Part shown: one piece after another, positions 63,460-64,000 of the stretch
Position numbering within the stretch: position 1 is the first letter of the stretch
Layout: every line of letters starts with the position of its first letter
Source of the DNA: Squalus acanthias
Taxonomy: Eukaryota
Assembly (NCBI GenBank): GCA_030390025.1
Contig: CM059432.1
Coordinates: forward strand, 124,312,001-124,376,000
Direction of reading: 5' to 3'
Length of the DNA: 64,000 nt
Position numbers and translations under genes: made by a program
The notes under the pieces: generated by a model
Told to the model about the DNA's origin: nothing
Database searches by the model: none
What the model saw: the letters and a program-made list of their open reading frames with translations, nothing else

Positions 63460-64000
63460 GGAAGCCCTAGAGGAGTATAGAAAGTGCAGGGGGGTACTTA
63501 AAAAAGAAATTAGGAGAGCGAAGAGGGGGCATGAAAAAACACTGGCGGGCAAAATAAAGGAAAATCCCAAGGTGTTTTATAAGTATATTAAGGGCAAGAG
63601 AATAACCAGGGAAAGAGTAGGGCCCATTAGGGACCAAAGTGGCAATCTGTGTGTCGAGCCGGAAGATGTAGGTGAGGTTTTAAATGAATATTTTGCATCT
63701 GTGTTCACTATGGAGAAGGACGATGTAGGCATAGAAATCAGGCAGGGGGATTGTGATATACTTGAACAAATTAGTATTGAGAGGGAGGAGGTACTAGCGG
63801 TTTTAGCGGGCTTAAAAGTGGATAAATCCCCAGGCCCAGACGAGATGTATCCCAGGCTGCTGTGTGAGGCAAGGGAGGTGATTGCAGGGGCTCTGACACA
63901 AATTTTCAGAACCTCTCTGGCCACAGGGGAGGTGCCAGAGGACTGGAGAACAGCTAATGTAGTACCATTATTCAAGAAGGGTAGTAGGGATAAACCAAGG
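63460..64000 (+). mobile_element. CR1 ORF2 fragment continuing out of the window
   Basis: KENPKVFYKYIKGKR...LNEYFASVFT...KSPGPDEMYPRLL...PEDWRTANVVPLFKKG. Confidence 0.93.

Larger units (their letters stand above)
60200..63460 (+). mobile_element. Old CR1-type fragments; the 3' UTR piece is split by the Harbinger at 61066
   Basis: Degenerate CLTNLVESFEE and LDLHK motifs. Flank GGACCTATG|...|ATGGTTCC, with a CCTATGT-type tail at about 63255-63270. Confidence 0.65.

Overview
Vertebrate genomic DNA, almost certainly from a cartilaginous fish (shark). This is inferred from HE1/V-SINE, SacSINE1-like Deu-SINE and shark-type CR1/L2 repeats. The only host coding sequence I can support is one 210-bp minus-strand exon (16868-17077) of a CCDC102-family gene, most likely CCDC102B, so the rest is probably intron. 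The window is dominated by nested transposons. There are five PIF/Harbinger two-gene elements in different deletion states, including a full-length 4.14-kb copy (20883-25024) with a spliced Myb/SANT partner gene and a convergent HARBI1-like transposase, plus about 17 Harbinger-type MITEs, several with 3-bp TSDs. Retroelements include a solo LTR, a full-length CR1 and many CR1/L2 fragments, and three SINE families. Two Penelope-derived palindromes carry minimal hammerhead-ribozyme motifs: one is intact with perfect 113-bp arms, and the other is split at its catalytic core by a MITE. All family names come from recognition by eye, not from database searches. Boundaries without a TSD are approximate.
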